From a virus (Duplodnaviria; Caudoviricetes): DNA of 34,185 nt. Shown here piece after piece: positions 10,101 to 18,153 of the stretch. The first letter of the stretch is position 1, and each line of letters begins with the position of its first letter. The position numbers and the translations under genes were made by a program. The DNA lies in the IMG/VR virus record IMGVR_UViG_3300028594_000083, positions 1 through 34,185 of that record; one strand, given 5' to 3'. The notes under the pieces are model-generated. The model made no database searches. It worked only from the letters and a program-made list of their open reading frames with translations, and was not told the origin of the DNA.

Positions 10101-11002
10101 GGACCCATTGCAACAGTGATTAAACCTAACCACTTTTGCCATCCAGCTAAAGGCAAGTTATCCCAGATCGTGCCAACAACCCGTTTGATATTATCTGCGA
10201 AACTTCCGACAGATTCCCACAGGTTAGAAAACAGGCCTTCTATGTTCGCACCTTCTTGGCCAAATCCTGCAGCTAAGTCTTGAAATGATGCTTTCATCAT
10301 ACCGAATGAACCACTTACAGTTTCTTCTGCTTCCTTTACAGTTGTACCTGTAACTCCCATCTCATCTTGAACTTCATGAATCGCTTCAATCATCGTGTGG
10401 AAAGGCACATCTTTAACTGTTTCTGCAGTAACTTCCATCGTATCGCCAAGTACGCCTGACTCATTAATTAGTCGAGCCATTTCGCCTGCAGTACCACCGT
10501 AACCAAGCTTAAGGTTGTCCAGCATCGTATAGTTGTCCTTAGCAAAGCCTTGATAAGCATCTTGAATAGATCCAATATCTGTACCGAACTTGTTCGCATT
10601 ATCAGACATATCCACCATGGCAGTGTCTGCAGCCTTAGCTGCTTTCTCTGTGTCACCTTCTAAGCCTTGTAGTAATGTGGCTGAGAAAGAAGTAACGTTC
10701 TCCATATACTGCACACCAGATACCCCAGCACGCTTATAAGCGGTCTCAGAGTTTGCGATAACTGAGTCAGCCGAATTTTTAAACATAGTTTCTATACCGC
10801 CCTGTGCTTGCTCTAGATCAGCGAATGACTTTACACTTGCAGCAACAGCAGCGGCCACAGGTAATGTGATGCCTTTGAACATTCCTGCACCCATGTTCTG
10901 CATAGATTTACCTAAGCCGTCCATTTTACTCTGCAGCTGAGACATTTTACGCTCAAACTCAGATAGATTGGCGCCAACCTTGACGGTTAATTTTTCTTCC
11001 AT
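7139..11002 (-). CDS. Tape measure protein with C-terminal M23 peptidase
   Basis: 1287 aa; W/F-periodic repeats; HYGIDYG and GNSGKWTTGPHIH M23 zinc motifs; ANGG...EEGPEAIIPL C-terminal motif. Confidence 0.96.
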   Translation of the reverse strand: MEEKLTVKVGANLSEFERKMSQLQSKMDGLGKSMQNMGAGMFKGITLPVAAAVAASVKSFADLEQAQGGIETMFKNSADSVIANSETAYKRAGVSGVQYMENVTSFSATLLQGLEGDTEKAAKAADTAMVDMSDNANKFGTDIGSIQDAYQGFAKDNYTMLDNLKLGYGGTAGEMARLINESGVLGDTMEVTAETVKDVPFHTMIEAIHEVQDEMGVTGTTVKEAEETVSGSFGMMKASFQDLAAGFGQEGANIEGLFSNLWESVGSFADNIKRVVGTIWDNLPLAGWQKWLGLITVAMGPVIFAVGKFISFIAGIATALAPVMASIAKAGGLLKWLAPVFAALTSPITLTIAGIAALGTAFVIAYNKSETFRNFVDGIKDKFLSAIEWIGQFKDGIIGLFQDDGMAGIDILTSIGISQEMADKLWEFTGHFIEFYHNVKEQIDKVKSAFKGIFEIFTGNAVSGMELLRSIGLSDETIVNIMTYIGKIKAAFFEMRYKIAEALTGVKDFFVEQFEGVRAWWDSDGAMIFDAMGIVVQKVFDGIKIAIDFALKFVVELFNTFAPIVMGIWNVLWPTLQAVASSTWEQIKLVIGIAMDLIQGIISGIAALITGDWDRFGEILKETALSIWNRVTEYFGAMKDNALTLFSELFSGAGTWFSNLWTTIVEKVTSIKDNVVTKFTELKDGAINRITGMYNSVVTWFQNLWTNITNKAMNLKDTVVQRFTELKDNVVSRIVGMYGSVTGWFSNLWSNVTSKVEELKNSVVTKFTNMKDNAVAGVKALFDGASEWFQETKEKAVETFNNMVEGAKELPGRIGEAIKNMAHKAVEGITSLGKSMGDKLESVVNGVIGGLNKVLSAIGVDEIGTISINTGGGAATTGAAGALRRFSTGTRNGAIAEDMLGIVNDIGLGNGQGGATQELIQRGGQLFAPRGKNAVVRLEKGDRIYNGAQTQSLMSSGIIPRFSRGTGLEGGNTGESKGLLGTLKDVAENVWDYITNPGKAFDAIINAVTPDFSGMAGFAGDFLKGGFNYLTNGVKDFITKVFKENEGGLGSGKGAHFMSFPMTTPYSPNSAVPGYPTSFNGGRHYGIDYGTPIGTPVHATTSGTVSKLHNMGGGLVAKLKTGKLTQFFMHLADIVKTGSVKAGDLIAKTGNSGKWTTGPHIHWQAQQGSDIMNQNTVDPRKVVGHANGGIFRNRHVAELNEEGPEAIIPLNARRRSRANTLYDNVGKAIGRNDGQQFAEMISNQQTQINQMNEAIGILFGIEDKSGFDPAKAQKSINKHNNRRTIMT

Positions 11003-11317
11003 TTAGTCTCCTCCTTTCCCCATTAATTGCATCATGTCGTCTAAATCTGCTTGTGTTGTCACTTGTTTTTCTTCTTCAGGTTTTTCATCGCCCATCAGTG
11101 TTGATACAGGAATCGGCTCTTTACCGTATGGTATTAGCATCCACTGAGCTTGTTGTGCGAGATTTCTTAGTTCCCTGTCTTCTTTCCATAGGAATGCATC
11201 CATAGCCACATTAAACTCAGCAAGCGTTAGCTCCCAAAATTCAGATGGTTTGATATTTAAAATCGCAATGGCATACTTCATCAAATCTGAGTAGTCCCAT
11301 TGCGTTAGTCGTTTTTT
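11003..11317 (-). CDS. Tail assembly chaperone, frameshift-extended (gpGT-like) part
   Basis: IKPSEFWELTLAEF motif; frame is open from the slippery site and is reached by a -1 shift. Confidence 0.85.
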   Translation of the reverse strand, partial: KKRLTQWDYSDLMKYAIAILNIKPSEFWELTLAEFNVAMDAFLWKEDRELRNLAQQAQWMLIPYGKEPIPVSTLMGDEKPEEEKQVTTQADLDDMMQLMGKGGD

Positions 11318-11667
11318 GCTTCTTCGTCTACTTCCACTTCGTCATCATCATCATTTTCTTCTTTGGACTTAGGCATTAATCCTGATGCTTCAATCGCTTC
11401 TTGAATTGAATCCATTAAAGCTTCAAACTCAGTACCTGCTTCCATTTCTCTTTGTAGCATTTGACCAGTACGTTCCAAAGTCAGTCCTTTATCTTTACTT
11501 CTTAGTCCTGCCCAATACAATGCACGGATAGTTCTAAACCCAACTTGACCATTACTAAAAGCAGTACCGACTCCCATGCCCATTAGATCTTCAAAATCGC
11601 TCATAGCATTAAAATCAAAACGTAAAACTCTTTCTTTTCCATCTAATTCAACTCTTACTGGTTTCAT
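11305..11667 (-). CDS. Tail assembly chaperone (gpG-like)
   Basis: Start MKPVRVELDG with GAGGAG RBS; LRFDFNAM motif; lies between major tail protein and TMP. Confidence 0.88.
   Translation of the reverse strand: MKPVRVELDGKERVLRFDFNAMSDFEDLMGMGVGTAFSNGQVGFRTIRALYWAGLRSKDKGLTLERTGQMLQREMEAGTEFEALMDSIQEAIEASGLMPKSKEENDDDDEVEVDEEAKND
11311..11317 (-). promoter_or_regulatory. Programmed -1 frameshift heptamer A AAA AAC
   Basis: GCA AAA AAC GAC TAA; the -1 frame reads KRLTQWDYSDLMKYAIA into the downstream ORF. Confidence 0.85.
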
Positions 11668-11753
11668 GTAAAATACACTCCTCGGATTAATTTTTATAAA
11701 TATTAAAAGCCATTTAATTTTATTGTTGTATCGTTCAATTATTTTCAGGTATA

Positions 11754-11785
11754 TAAACAAGAAGAAGGGCAAGATAATCAGCCCT
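11754..11785 (-). terminator. Weak terminator-like hairpin after the major tail gene
   Basis: AGGGC-10 nt loop-GCCCT followed by TCTTCTTGTTT. Confidence 0.4.
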
Positions 11786-11828
11786 ACCAAGAATGGTATT
11801 AACATGACTCTCGCCCTTTCCTAAAAAT

Positions 11829-12248
11829 TTATGCACCAGATACAACTGTGACTTTTTCGTACTTCCCTTGACCTTGGAATGAAGTCGAGTAAGTCATAAC
11901 ATCGTCCATCGGCGCTTCAATAGGGTAACTTGTAATAATCGCGCTACCTTTATATGATTTACCGCCTGGATTTGTCCATTGCACTGTAACTGCTTCTTTG
12001 TTTTCAAATTTTTCTTCTAAAATATCAAGTGACTCATCATCGGCAAGTAACACACCGTCTGTGTCAATTGACCATGAGCCTTGTCCAGCGATTGAATAAC
12101 CCCAACCTGCTACTTGTTTGTGTGTTGCATCGATTGTGTTGACTTCACGGTTTAATGTTGCCCCACGTTGGCCACCGATAACTCTTTCTTGCCCGTCTGC
12201 ATCTACTACTGAGATAAGTACGTCTACACCTGTTTTTTCTCCTGCCAT
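11829..12248 (-). CDS. Major tail protein, TP901-1 family
   Basis: GGQRGATLNR, IDATHK, WSIDTDG and EAPMDDVMTYS..FQGQG motifs. Confidence 0.92.
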   Translation of the reverse strand: MAGEKTGVDVLISVVDADGQERVIGGQRGATLNREVNTIDATHKQVAGWGYSIAGQGSWSIDTDGVLLADDESLDILEEKFENKEAVTVQWTNPGGKSYKGSAIITSYPIEAPMDDVMTYSTSFQGQGKYEKVTVVSGA

Positions 12249-12254
12249 TTATAT

Positions 12255-12632
12255 CTACTCCTTATATCGTTTTATATTGATTTCTAAAATGCCGTGCAAA
12301 AGCGTCATTGCTGTGGAAGTGTCTTCTAAGACTCGACTTGTTATTTCTTCACCTTCAACGCCATAACTGTCGATTAGTGCAATTTCCACATCGTGCATCA
12401 TCTTGGTTAATGTGCCGCGTTGTCTGACATTGTTATGCCAGAAATGCAAAGTGACTTGAGTGTCGCCATTTAGATTCGCTTTATGCAATCGTCTGTTTTG
12501 CTTAAATTGCTCTCCAATACGAATAAAGGGATATGCAGTACCATCGGGTGGATTGTAGTCATAGACTGAATCACCAAATAGGTTTTTGCATATCCCTCGG
12601 ATATTCGTATATACTCTTTGCTCAGGGTTCAC
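12255..12632 (-). CDS. Tail completion/terminator protein
   Basis: VYDYNPP...YPFIRIGE and LHGIL motifs; position. Confidence 0.82.
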   Translation of the reverse strand: MNPEQRVYTNIRGICKNLFGDSVYDYNPPDGTAYPFIRIGEQFKQNRRLHKANLNGDTQVTLHFWHNNVRQRGTLTKMMHDVEIALIDSYGVEGEEITSRVLEDTSTAMTLLHGILEINIKRYKE

Positions 12633-12636
12633 TTCA

Positions 12637-12978
12637 TCACCCTCTTAATAAATTCTTTAGATCATTTAAAAATATAGGCGCTTGCTCTCTTGCAGCTGGG
12701 CGCATGAAAGGTTGTGAATCGTTGTAACGCGTACCGTACTCAACGTAAGGACTGTAATCAGCGTTCGCAGTGATATAACCTGTTAAGCCAACAAATTGAA
12801 TTTCCATTGTTATAGACCGTCTCATATGACCCGTATCTACTGCAGCGTATTTCATCGCTTTACGCTGAGCTTGTGTGGTATTACGTTTAACGACTCCAGC
12901 AACCTTGTCTTTATTAAACTTATTCATTACAGCCCGCACCATTTCATCAGAGCCTTCAATCTCAATTTTCATGCTCAT
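12637..12978 (-). CDS. HK97 gp10-family neck protein
   Basis: VDTGHMRRSI, YVEYGT and QPFMRPA motifs. Confidence 0.92.
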   Translation of the reverse strand: MSMKIEIEGSDEMVRAVMNKFNKDKVAGVVKRNTTQAQRKAMKYAAVDTGHMRRSITMEIQFVGLTGYITANADYSPYVEYGTRYNDSQPFMRPAAREQAPIFLNDLKNLLRG

Positions 12979-13277
12979 TAGACACCACTCACTTCAAATA
13001 CTGTTTTATGGCGGTATATCTTCCGACGATCTGATTTAAACTGTTGCCCAGCAATCATAATGTGGTCAAATTTGCCATCAATCACATCATTTACACGAAT
13101 CGTTTTCGCATTACTTCGTACTGTACCGTAGAGTTGCGTCATGCGTTCTGTACCAGTATCAGTAACATAAGCATCAAATGTGTTTATGATGTCGTCAGTG
13201 AACACATAATCGCCTGTATTCTCGTCATAAACTTCTTTGCCAAGTGTCACAAAAGTTACTTCAGTATCTGCTCTCAT
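12978..13277 (-). CDS. Head closure/stopper protein
   Basis: YDENTGDY motif; position after the adaptor. Confidence 0.75.
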   Translation of the reverse strand: MRADTEVTFVTLGKEVYDENTGDYVFTDDIINTFDAYVTDTGTERMTQLYGTVRSNAKTIRVNDVIDGKFDHIMIAGQQFKSDRRKIYRHKTVFEVSGV

Positions 13278-13609
13278 ATGAACCTCACCACACCCTTTTG
13301 TGGCAGTTCAGGAATTTGCTTGTTGATATAAACTTGAATAATAGACTCATAGTCCATCAAATCTTTATCAATATACGTTGCTGAATGACCGTCCATACTT
13401 TCTTGAGACATGCCCTCAGAACCAATACGGTTATATCTGAGTATAGTAAGCTCTGTAAGGATATACTCTAATTCTTCAGGTACATCTATTATTTCTTTTT
13501 CAATATGTTGGTTCAAATAACGAAGTAAGCGTCGACTGTACATGTTGTAAATCACACTGACTTTCTCATTATCAACACCTAATAATACTTTTACGTTTTC
13601 AAGTGACAT
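13274..13609 (-). CDS. Head-tail connector (adaptor)
   Basis: VPEELEYI...RYNRIGSEGMSQESMDGHS motif. Confidence 0.9.
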   Translation of the reverse strand: MSLENVKVLLGVDNEKVSVIYNMYSRRLLRYLNQHIEKEIIDVPEELEYILTELTILRYNRIGSEGMSQESMDGHSATYIDKDLMDYESIIQVYINKQIPELPQKGVVRFI

Positions 13610-13611
13610 AA

Positions 13612-13914
13612 TTATTCACCTAATTTCTTTTCAGCCGCTTCTGCTTTGTCCTTACCTTTTACTTTAGAACCGTCTGAAAGCTCATAATAGCCACCGCCTG
13701 TATGTTGTGGGTATTCCACAGTATCTACAGACCCAACAAATTCAATGAGCGGATAACCTACCTTGTTATTAGCGCCTAGTAACTCACTAACACGACTATC
13801 ATCCACTTTACGTTGAGTCGCTGGGAATGTATCACCCACATTGTACAGACGACCATTCGGGTTGGTTTTATTTTTATCTTCCAAATCTCTGAAAGGTTGA
13901 ATTACTTTATACAT
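13612..13914 (-). CDS. Conserved small post-capsid protein
   Basis: YKVIQPFRD...YNVGDTFP...LLGANNKVGYPLI pattern common after Firmicutes capsid genes. Confidence 0.75.
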   Translation of the reverse strand: MYKVIQPFRDLEDKNKTNPNGRLYNVGDTFPATQRKVDDSRVSELLGANNKVGYPLIEFVGSVDTVEYPQHTGGGYYELSDGSKVKGKDKAEAAEKKLGE

Positions 13915-13933
13915 TCTTTTAACCTCCTATGAT

Positions 13934-14743
13934 TTATGCACCTGGAGCTTCTGCACCGAATTTAACAACTTTAGAGTCGTCATATAGGTACGCTGCATAG
14001 TGCTGATCAGCTGTGATAACTGTTGTTTTCTTAACGATGTCACGCTCAGACTCAACTTGTGCACCGCGTTTCATTACTAATTTAAGTGCGCCTTGACGAA
14101 CTAAGAAACCTTCACCTTCTGAAAGTTTTCTAGAACGTACAATTTGAACGCCTAGAATTTCACCGTATACACCAGAGATAAAGCGTTGTGCTCCCACTTC
14201 TGTGTGCGGTAAGAAGTTTGTACCTGCATCTAAACGTAATTTAGAAGCATCACTAGGGCTAAGAATTAAAGTAGTTGGTACGTTTTCTTCATCTTCAAAG
14301 ATGTCTAATGCAGCTTGTAAACCATCAACAGTCGTAACATCAGACGCTGTCTGTGTTGCTCCTTTCAACGCTTCTAACATGTCATTATCTACTTTGTTAG
14401 AGATTGCTAATTGTAGTTGTCTAGCTGACTCACCAATCGGGTCGCCATATCCAGATAACATTGCTTCATCAGTAATTTCTGTACCTTTCGCAGCCTTTTT
14501 CACTTCGACTTCTTTATCAGTTGTGCCGAGTTTATCAAGTGGAATTGCCGTACCTTCAGCAACATCCGTCGCATCACCAATGTATGTGAATGCAGGGAAT
14601 TTTAACTTACTACCAGGCTGTCCAACTAATGTTGTGTCCACCTGTGCAAGTGGTGCAAAACGAATTGCATTTTCTAATTCATATGAAACCATGTCTGCTA
14701 ATACTTCGGGATTAACCATATCCGCTAGTTTTGTTTGTGCCAT
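13934..14743 (-). CDS. Major capsid protein (N4-gp56-like family)
   Basis: [40 protein letters not shown] and VESERDI motifs. Confidence 0.95.
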   Translation of the reverse strand: MAQTKLADMVNPEVLADMVSYELENAIRFAPLAQVDTTLVGQPGSKLKFPAFTYIGDATDVAEGTAIPLDKLGTTDKEVEVKKAAKGTEITDEAMLSGYGDPIGESARQLQLAISNKVDNDMLEALKGATQTASDVTTVDGLQAALDIFEDEENVPTTLILSPSDASKLRLDAGTNFLPHTEVGAQRFISGVYGEILGVQIVRSRKLSEGEGFLVRQGALKLVMKRGAQVESERDIVKKTTVITADQHYAAYLYDDSKVVKFGAEAPGA

Positions 14744-14749
14744 AATTAT

Positions 14750-15340
14750 CTACTCCTTAATATTCATTAATTGTTTGTATTTTTCAGGGTGATTTGCTTT
14801 TAATTCAGCGACTTCCTGATAAGTCATATTTCTGAATTCTTCTGGACTTACTGACTTAGTATTTTGTCCAGTTACTTTAGGTGATGAACCACTTAGAGCC
14901 TTTTTAACGCCTGCCTCTACCTTTTGATTAAGCAAGCTAACAAATGCATTTACAGACTCTTGTGTATCTTCTGCAGTGTCTTTTACAACCATGTTGAGTA
15001 ATTCATCATCTGCGGTAATATCGTGCTCAGAAAGCATTTTAGAAGCCTCACGTGATAACTGATAGTGTTGGTCTTTGCGTTTATACTCAGCGAGTTCACG
15101 CTCTAACTTCTCACGCTCATGTTGTTCACGTTGTTCTTTATTCATGCGTTCGAGCTTTTTCGCTTCTTCAATTGCTTCTTCTTGTTCTTTTTTCCATTTC
15201 TTGAATTTCTGATTAACAATTTTGTCCACCTCGTCATCAGTGTACTTTTTCTCGGATTCAACTTCTTGTTGTTCTTGCTCTGTATCTGCTTTTTCTTCTA
15301 CTACTTCAGTATTTTCATTTTCTTTAATTTCTTCAGTCAT
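14750..15340 (-). CDS. Capsid scaffolding protein (DUF4355-like)
   Basis: Acidic coiled coil; KKYTDDEVDKIV motif; precedes the capsid gene; AAGGAG RBS before ATG at 15340. Confidence 0.9.
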   Translation of the reverse strand: MTEEIKENENTEVVEEKADTEQEQQEVESEKKYTDDEVDKIVNQKFKKWKKEQEEAIEEAKKLERMNKEQREQHEREKLERELAEYKRKDQHYQLSREASKMLSEHDITADDELLNMVVKDTAEDTQESVNAFVSLLNQKVEAGVKKALSGSSPKVTGQNTKSVSPEEFRNMTYQEVAELKANHPEKYKQLMNIKE

Positions 15341-15353
15341 GTTTATTACTCCT

Positions 15354-15425
15354 TCCATATCTTTTATAGTGAATAAATGCTTGCACTTTATAATCCATAG
15401 CTTTTAACGTCATCAATGCTTGGAC
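15354..15425 (-). repeat. Two imperfect tandem copies of a 32-33 nt motif upstream of the scaffold gene
   Basis: GTCCAAGCATTGATGACGTTAAAAGCTATGGA (15425-15394) and GTGCAAGCATTTATTCACTATAAAAGATATGGA (15386-15354). Confidence 0.75.
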
Positions 15426-15443
15426 AAAATTAAGTAAATCAAC

Positions 15444-15473
15444 TTACAGATATGCGATTTTCTTCCGAGACAT
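15444..15473 (-). CDS. Putative 9-aa peptide MSRKKIAYL
   Basis: GGAGG 8 nt upstream of ATG; very short. Confidence 0.3.
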   Translation of the reverse strand: MSRKKIAYL

Positions 15474-15489
15474 CGCGACCGCCTCCGAG

Positions 15490-15564
15490 TTATTTACGCT
15501 TACGAGGACCACTGCGACCTTTCTTGCGACTGTCCTTTTTAGGACCTGGCTTACGTTTGGTCAA
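15490..15564 (-). CDS. 24-aa highly basic peptide MTKRKPGPKKDSRKKGRSGPRKRK
   Basis: GGAGGTGA RBS and TTG start; 13 of 24 residues are K or R. Confidence 0.6.
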   Translation of the reverse strand: MTKRKPGPKKDSRKKGRSGPRKRK

Positions 15565-15585
15565 GTTATCACCTCCAATGAAAGT

Positions 15586-15897
15586 TTATTTTTTATACAA
15601 CTGATGTAACTTATCAATGTTATTTTCTAAAAATCCATGTAAAGCATTCCCAAGCAATATTGCAAAGTCTTCTTCTAAGCCATCTTCTAACCTGTCACTC
15701 AGTCCAGATTCCGAAAATAAACCATGAACCACCTCATGTATTAAAACACCCTTATGATACTTATTATTCAATTTATCACTGAGTAATATTTCTTTTGAGT
15801 CTGGTAAGCATAAACCGTTAACATAATCATCTCCGAACTGTAGTCCATCAATTACTTTCACATCATAGTTATAATGTCCTATTTTCAGTGAATCCAT
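15586..15897 (-). CDS. HExxH zinc-metallopeptidase-like protein (ImmA/IrrE-like)
   Basis: LIHEVVHG plus downstream EE; GAAAGGAG RBS before MDSLKIG. Confidence 0.75.
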   Translation of the reverse strand: MDSLKIGHYNYDVKVIDGLQFGDDYVNGLCLPDSKEILLSDKLNNKYHKGVLIHEVVHGLFSESGLSDRLEDGLEEDFAILLGNALHGFLENNIDKLHQLYKK

Positions 15898-15921
15898 TAG
15901 TATCAAACTCCTTTCACGCAT

Positions 15922-15947
15922 AAAAAATACGCCTATTAACTAGGCGT
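15922..15947 (-). terminator. Intrinsic terminator after the minor head gene
   Basis: ACGCCTA-GTTAA-TAGGCGT followed by ATTTTTT. Confidence 0.7.
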
Positions 15948-16859
15948 GGAGGATTCTTCGATGTCGTCCACATACCCTGCGATTGCACACCTGCAATGTG
16001 GATGTGCAGGCGGATATACATTAAAATCTTTAACTTTAAGTACCTTGTCATCTAATGCTGCACATTCAGGGCAAGCGGACGGCTCTGCAATCCATATATA
16101 GCTATCAACATCAGCTTGAATAAAAGACTCTCTGGCCATTAAACTTTGCGCTCTTGCTGTTTCAGTAATTGCAATACGATCAGCAGCGCGCTTTGACTTA
16201 CCATGTTCATCTCTGACGAGTCGCCTTATACTTCTTGCAGTTTCTCTAGGATGTTCACCACGTATTAATGCACGTTCTATTGCTGTATTAACACGCTCTC
16301 TAAGCTCATTCTGATTAGCCCAGACTCTATCAGAGAATGTTACTCCAGACACATCAGCAAGGGCTATAGACTTTGCTAGTGCATTGATTTGGTTTTGACT
16401 CGGTACAGATATATTTAATATCCCTGCTTGTCTTTCAAACTCTTTAACCGCCTCATCTGTGATGTGTTGTTCCGTTAGACGTTCTTCATCAAGTGATTGT
16501 GCTATCATCTCTAGATTAATTCTTGCTTGAAGTAATTCTAGTCTGTTTGTTCGCATTGTGACGTTATACCGCCTAAGTTCTCTGTTAGCCTTAGGTGTGA
16601 AGTTCTTTTCTTCAACATACTGCTTAGCTTTGTCTTGGAAACTTTCTACATCTGTTTTGCTAATCAATTTCTTAGCTTCTGCCATACTCACGTTTTCTTT
16701 ATAAGCAAACTTCTGTATATCTGCATCAATATGTCTTTGAATGTCTTCTAAAGAACGATTGTATATCCTAGACATTGACCGTTTGACCTTCTGGTCATCT
16801 CGCATTGCATCTTCAATGTGTTTAAGTTTCCTGTTCCTCATCTCTTGGTAGGTTGTCAT
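15936..16859 (-). CDS. Minor head morphogenesis protein (SPP1 gp7/Mu F family)
   Basis: RIAITETAR, ACPECAALD and PPAHPHCRC motifs. Confidence 0.93.
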   Translation of the reverse strand: MTTYQEMRNRKLKHIEDAMRDDQKVKRSMSRIYNRSLEDIQRHIDADIQKFAYKENVSMAEAKKLISKTDVESFQDKAKQYVEEKNFTPKANRELRRYNVTMRTNRLELLQARINLEMIAQSLDEERLTEQHITDEAVKEFERQAGILNISVPSQNQINALAKSIALADVSGVTFSDRVWANQNELRERVNTAIERALIRGEHPRETARSIRRLVRDEHGKSKRAADRIAITETARAQSLMARESFIQADVDSYIWIAEPSACPECAALDDKVLKVKDFNVYPPAHPHCRCAIAGYVDDIEESSTPS

Positions 16860-18141
16860 CTTGTGGAGTCACCTCCATGTCATATTCAGGAAGTGCAATA
16901 TCTTCTTCAATGCGTTCAAGCTCTAGGTCTACATCATCTACAATGGATAAAGTAGTAAGCTGTGTACGCTTGCTGACGACACCTTCAAGGTTGCGTGCTG
17001 TTTCTGCTTCATCTTGTATGTTTCTAGGGATATTTCTAATAAATCGATATTCTATATCAATCCATGCATCTGATTCACTTGCAGGTACGTTAGTGGGTAA
17101 TGCAGTAAAGCATTTAAACAACTGATTTAAACCTTTAGTAAACTTACGTTCTTTCATCCCAGATAAGTTTTTCATTGGTTGTAATTTATATTCCAAGGCA
17201 ACACCTGAAGAATTACCGAAAGATTCATCATTTATATTCGCAACCATAGATAGTTGATAGATTAAGTCAACAATTCTATTGAGTAGATTCTCCTGTGAAG
17301 TATCCCCATCGGGTTTGTCTAAGAACTTAACCACAATCTTAGATGCATCATCCGTGCCATATAGATTAATAATACGATTATCCCTAATTTTATATGTGCC
17401 TTCTTCATCTAATTCAGCGCCTAATATAGCAAGATAAGCATCTGCAAAGTAGTCCACATCATTAGCTTTTTCTGATAGTGCCTTGTTATAAGCATTAATT
17501 AATGTTTCTACTGGCCTGATCAGTGATTGTTGTTCATCATTCTCTACAAATTCAATGATAGGCACTATTGGATAGTAGTGCGCTTCACTATCCCCCCAAC
17601 CTGTATCATTAAAATGAATAACTTCTTTATCTGTGTAGAGTGTTCCAATTAACTTATTATCTTTATCATAGTGATATCGAACTCCGTATTTAACATTGCG
17701 CTCTACAGTGTTATCCCTGATAACAAACATATCGAAAGGGGTGTTATATGTCGCACGTGTTTTTGATTCTTCATCTTGCCAAATATATAAAAAAGACACG
17801 CCGTATATAGATGTAATCTTACTGAGTTCGCTCAGTGTGTCATCCATATCGTTGTGTCTCCAAAAATGATTGATTGATTCGTTTACAGTTTCTTTTTCGT
17901 GACTTACCTTAACAGGTATCCCTGTAAAGTATCCGTTGAATGTATCTACAATATACTTCGCAAAGTTAGCAACTAACCTATTATCGGGTTTGTAAGCTTC
18001 TTTTTCTTCTAAGTCTAATATTGGTGGCCGTGATGTATATTGTCGCCACAGTTCGTTATAGCGTTCTATAGTACCTTGATGATCTGCTATATAGTCTGTA
18101 AGTTGTTTATGTGTTAATTCTTCATCTTCATGTATAAACAT
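16822..18141 (-). CDS. Portal protein, SPP1 gp6-like
   Basis: NRLVANFAKYIVD...GYFTGIPV and FGNSSGVALEYK motifs. Confidence 0.95.
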   Translation of the reverse strand: MFIHEDEELTHKQLTDYIADHQGTIERYNELWRQYTSRPPILDLEEKEAYKPDNRLVANFAKYIVDTFNGYFTGIPVKVSHEKETVNESINHFWRHNDMDDTLSELSKITSIYGVSFLYIWQDEESKTRATYNTPFDMFVIRDNTVERNVKYGVRYHYDKDNKLIGTLYTDKEVIHFNDTGWGDSEAHYYPIVPIIEFVENDEQQSLIRPVETLINAYNKALSEKANDVDYFADAYLAILGAELDEEGTYKIRDNRIINLYGTDDASKIVVKFLDKPDGDTSQENLLNRIVDLIYQLSMVANINDESFGNSSGVALEYKLQPMKNLSGMKERKFTKGLNQLFKCFTALPTNVPASESDAWIDIEYRFIRNIPRNIQDEAETARNLEGVVSKRTQLTTLSIVDDVDLELERIEEDIALPEYDMEVTPQDDNLPRDEEQET

Positions 18142-18153
18142 TGTCTACCTCCT

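Noticed and set aside
11827-13942. Capsid and major tail genes both end in GGTGCATAAAT
   Set aside because: Only 11 bp, with no slippery site or read-through frame evident; likely chance.
14202-14792. 196-aa plus-strand ORF and other short antisense ORFs in the track
   Set aside because: They lie opposite well-supported genes and are explained by codon bias.
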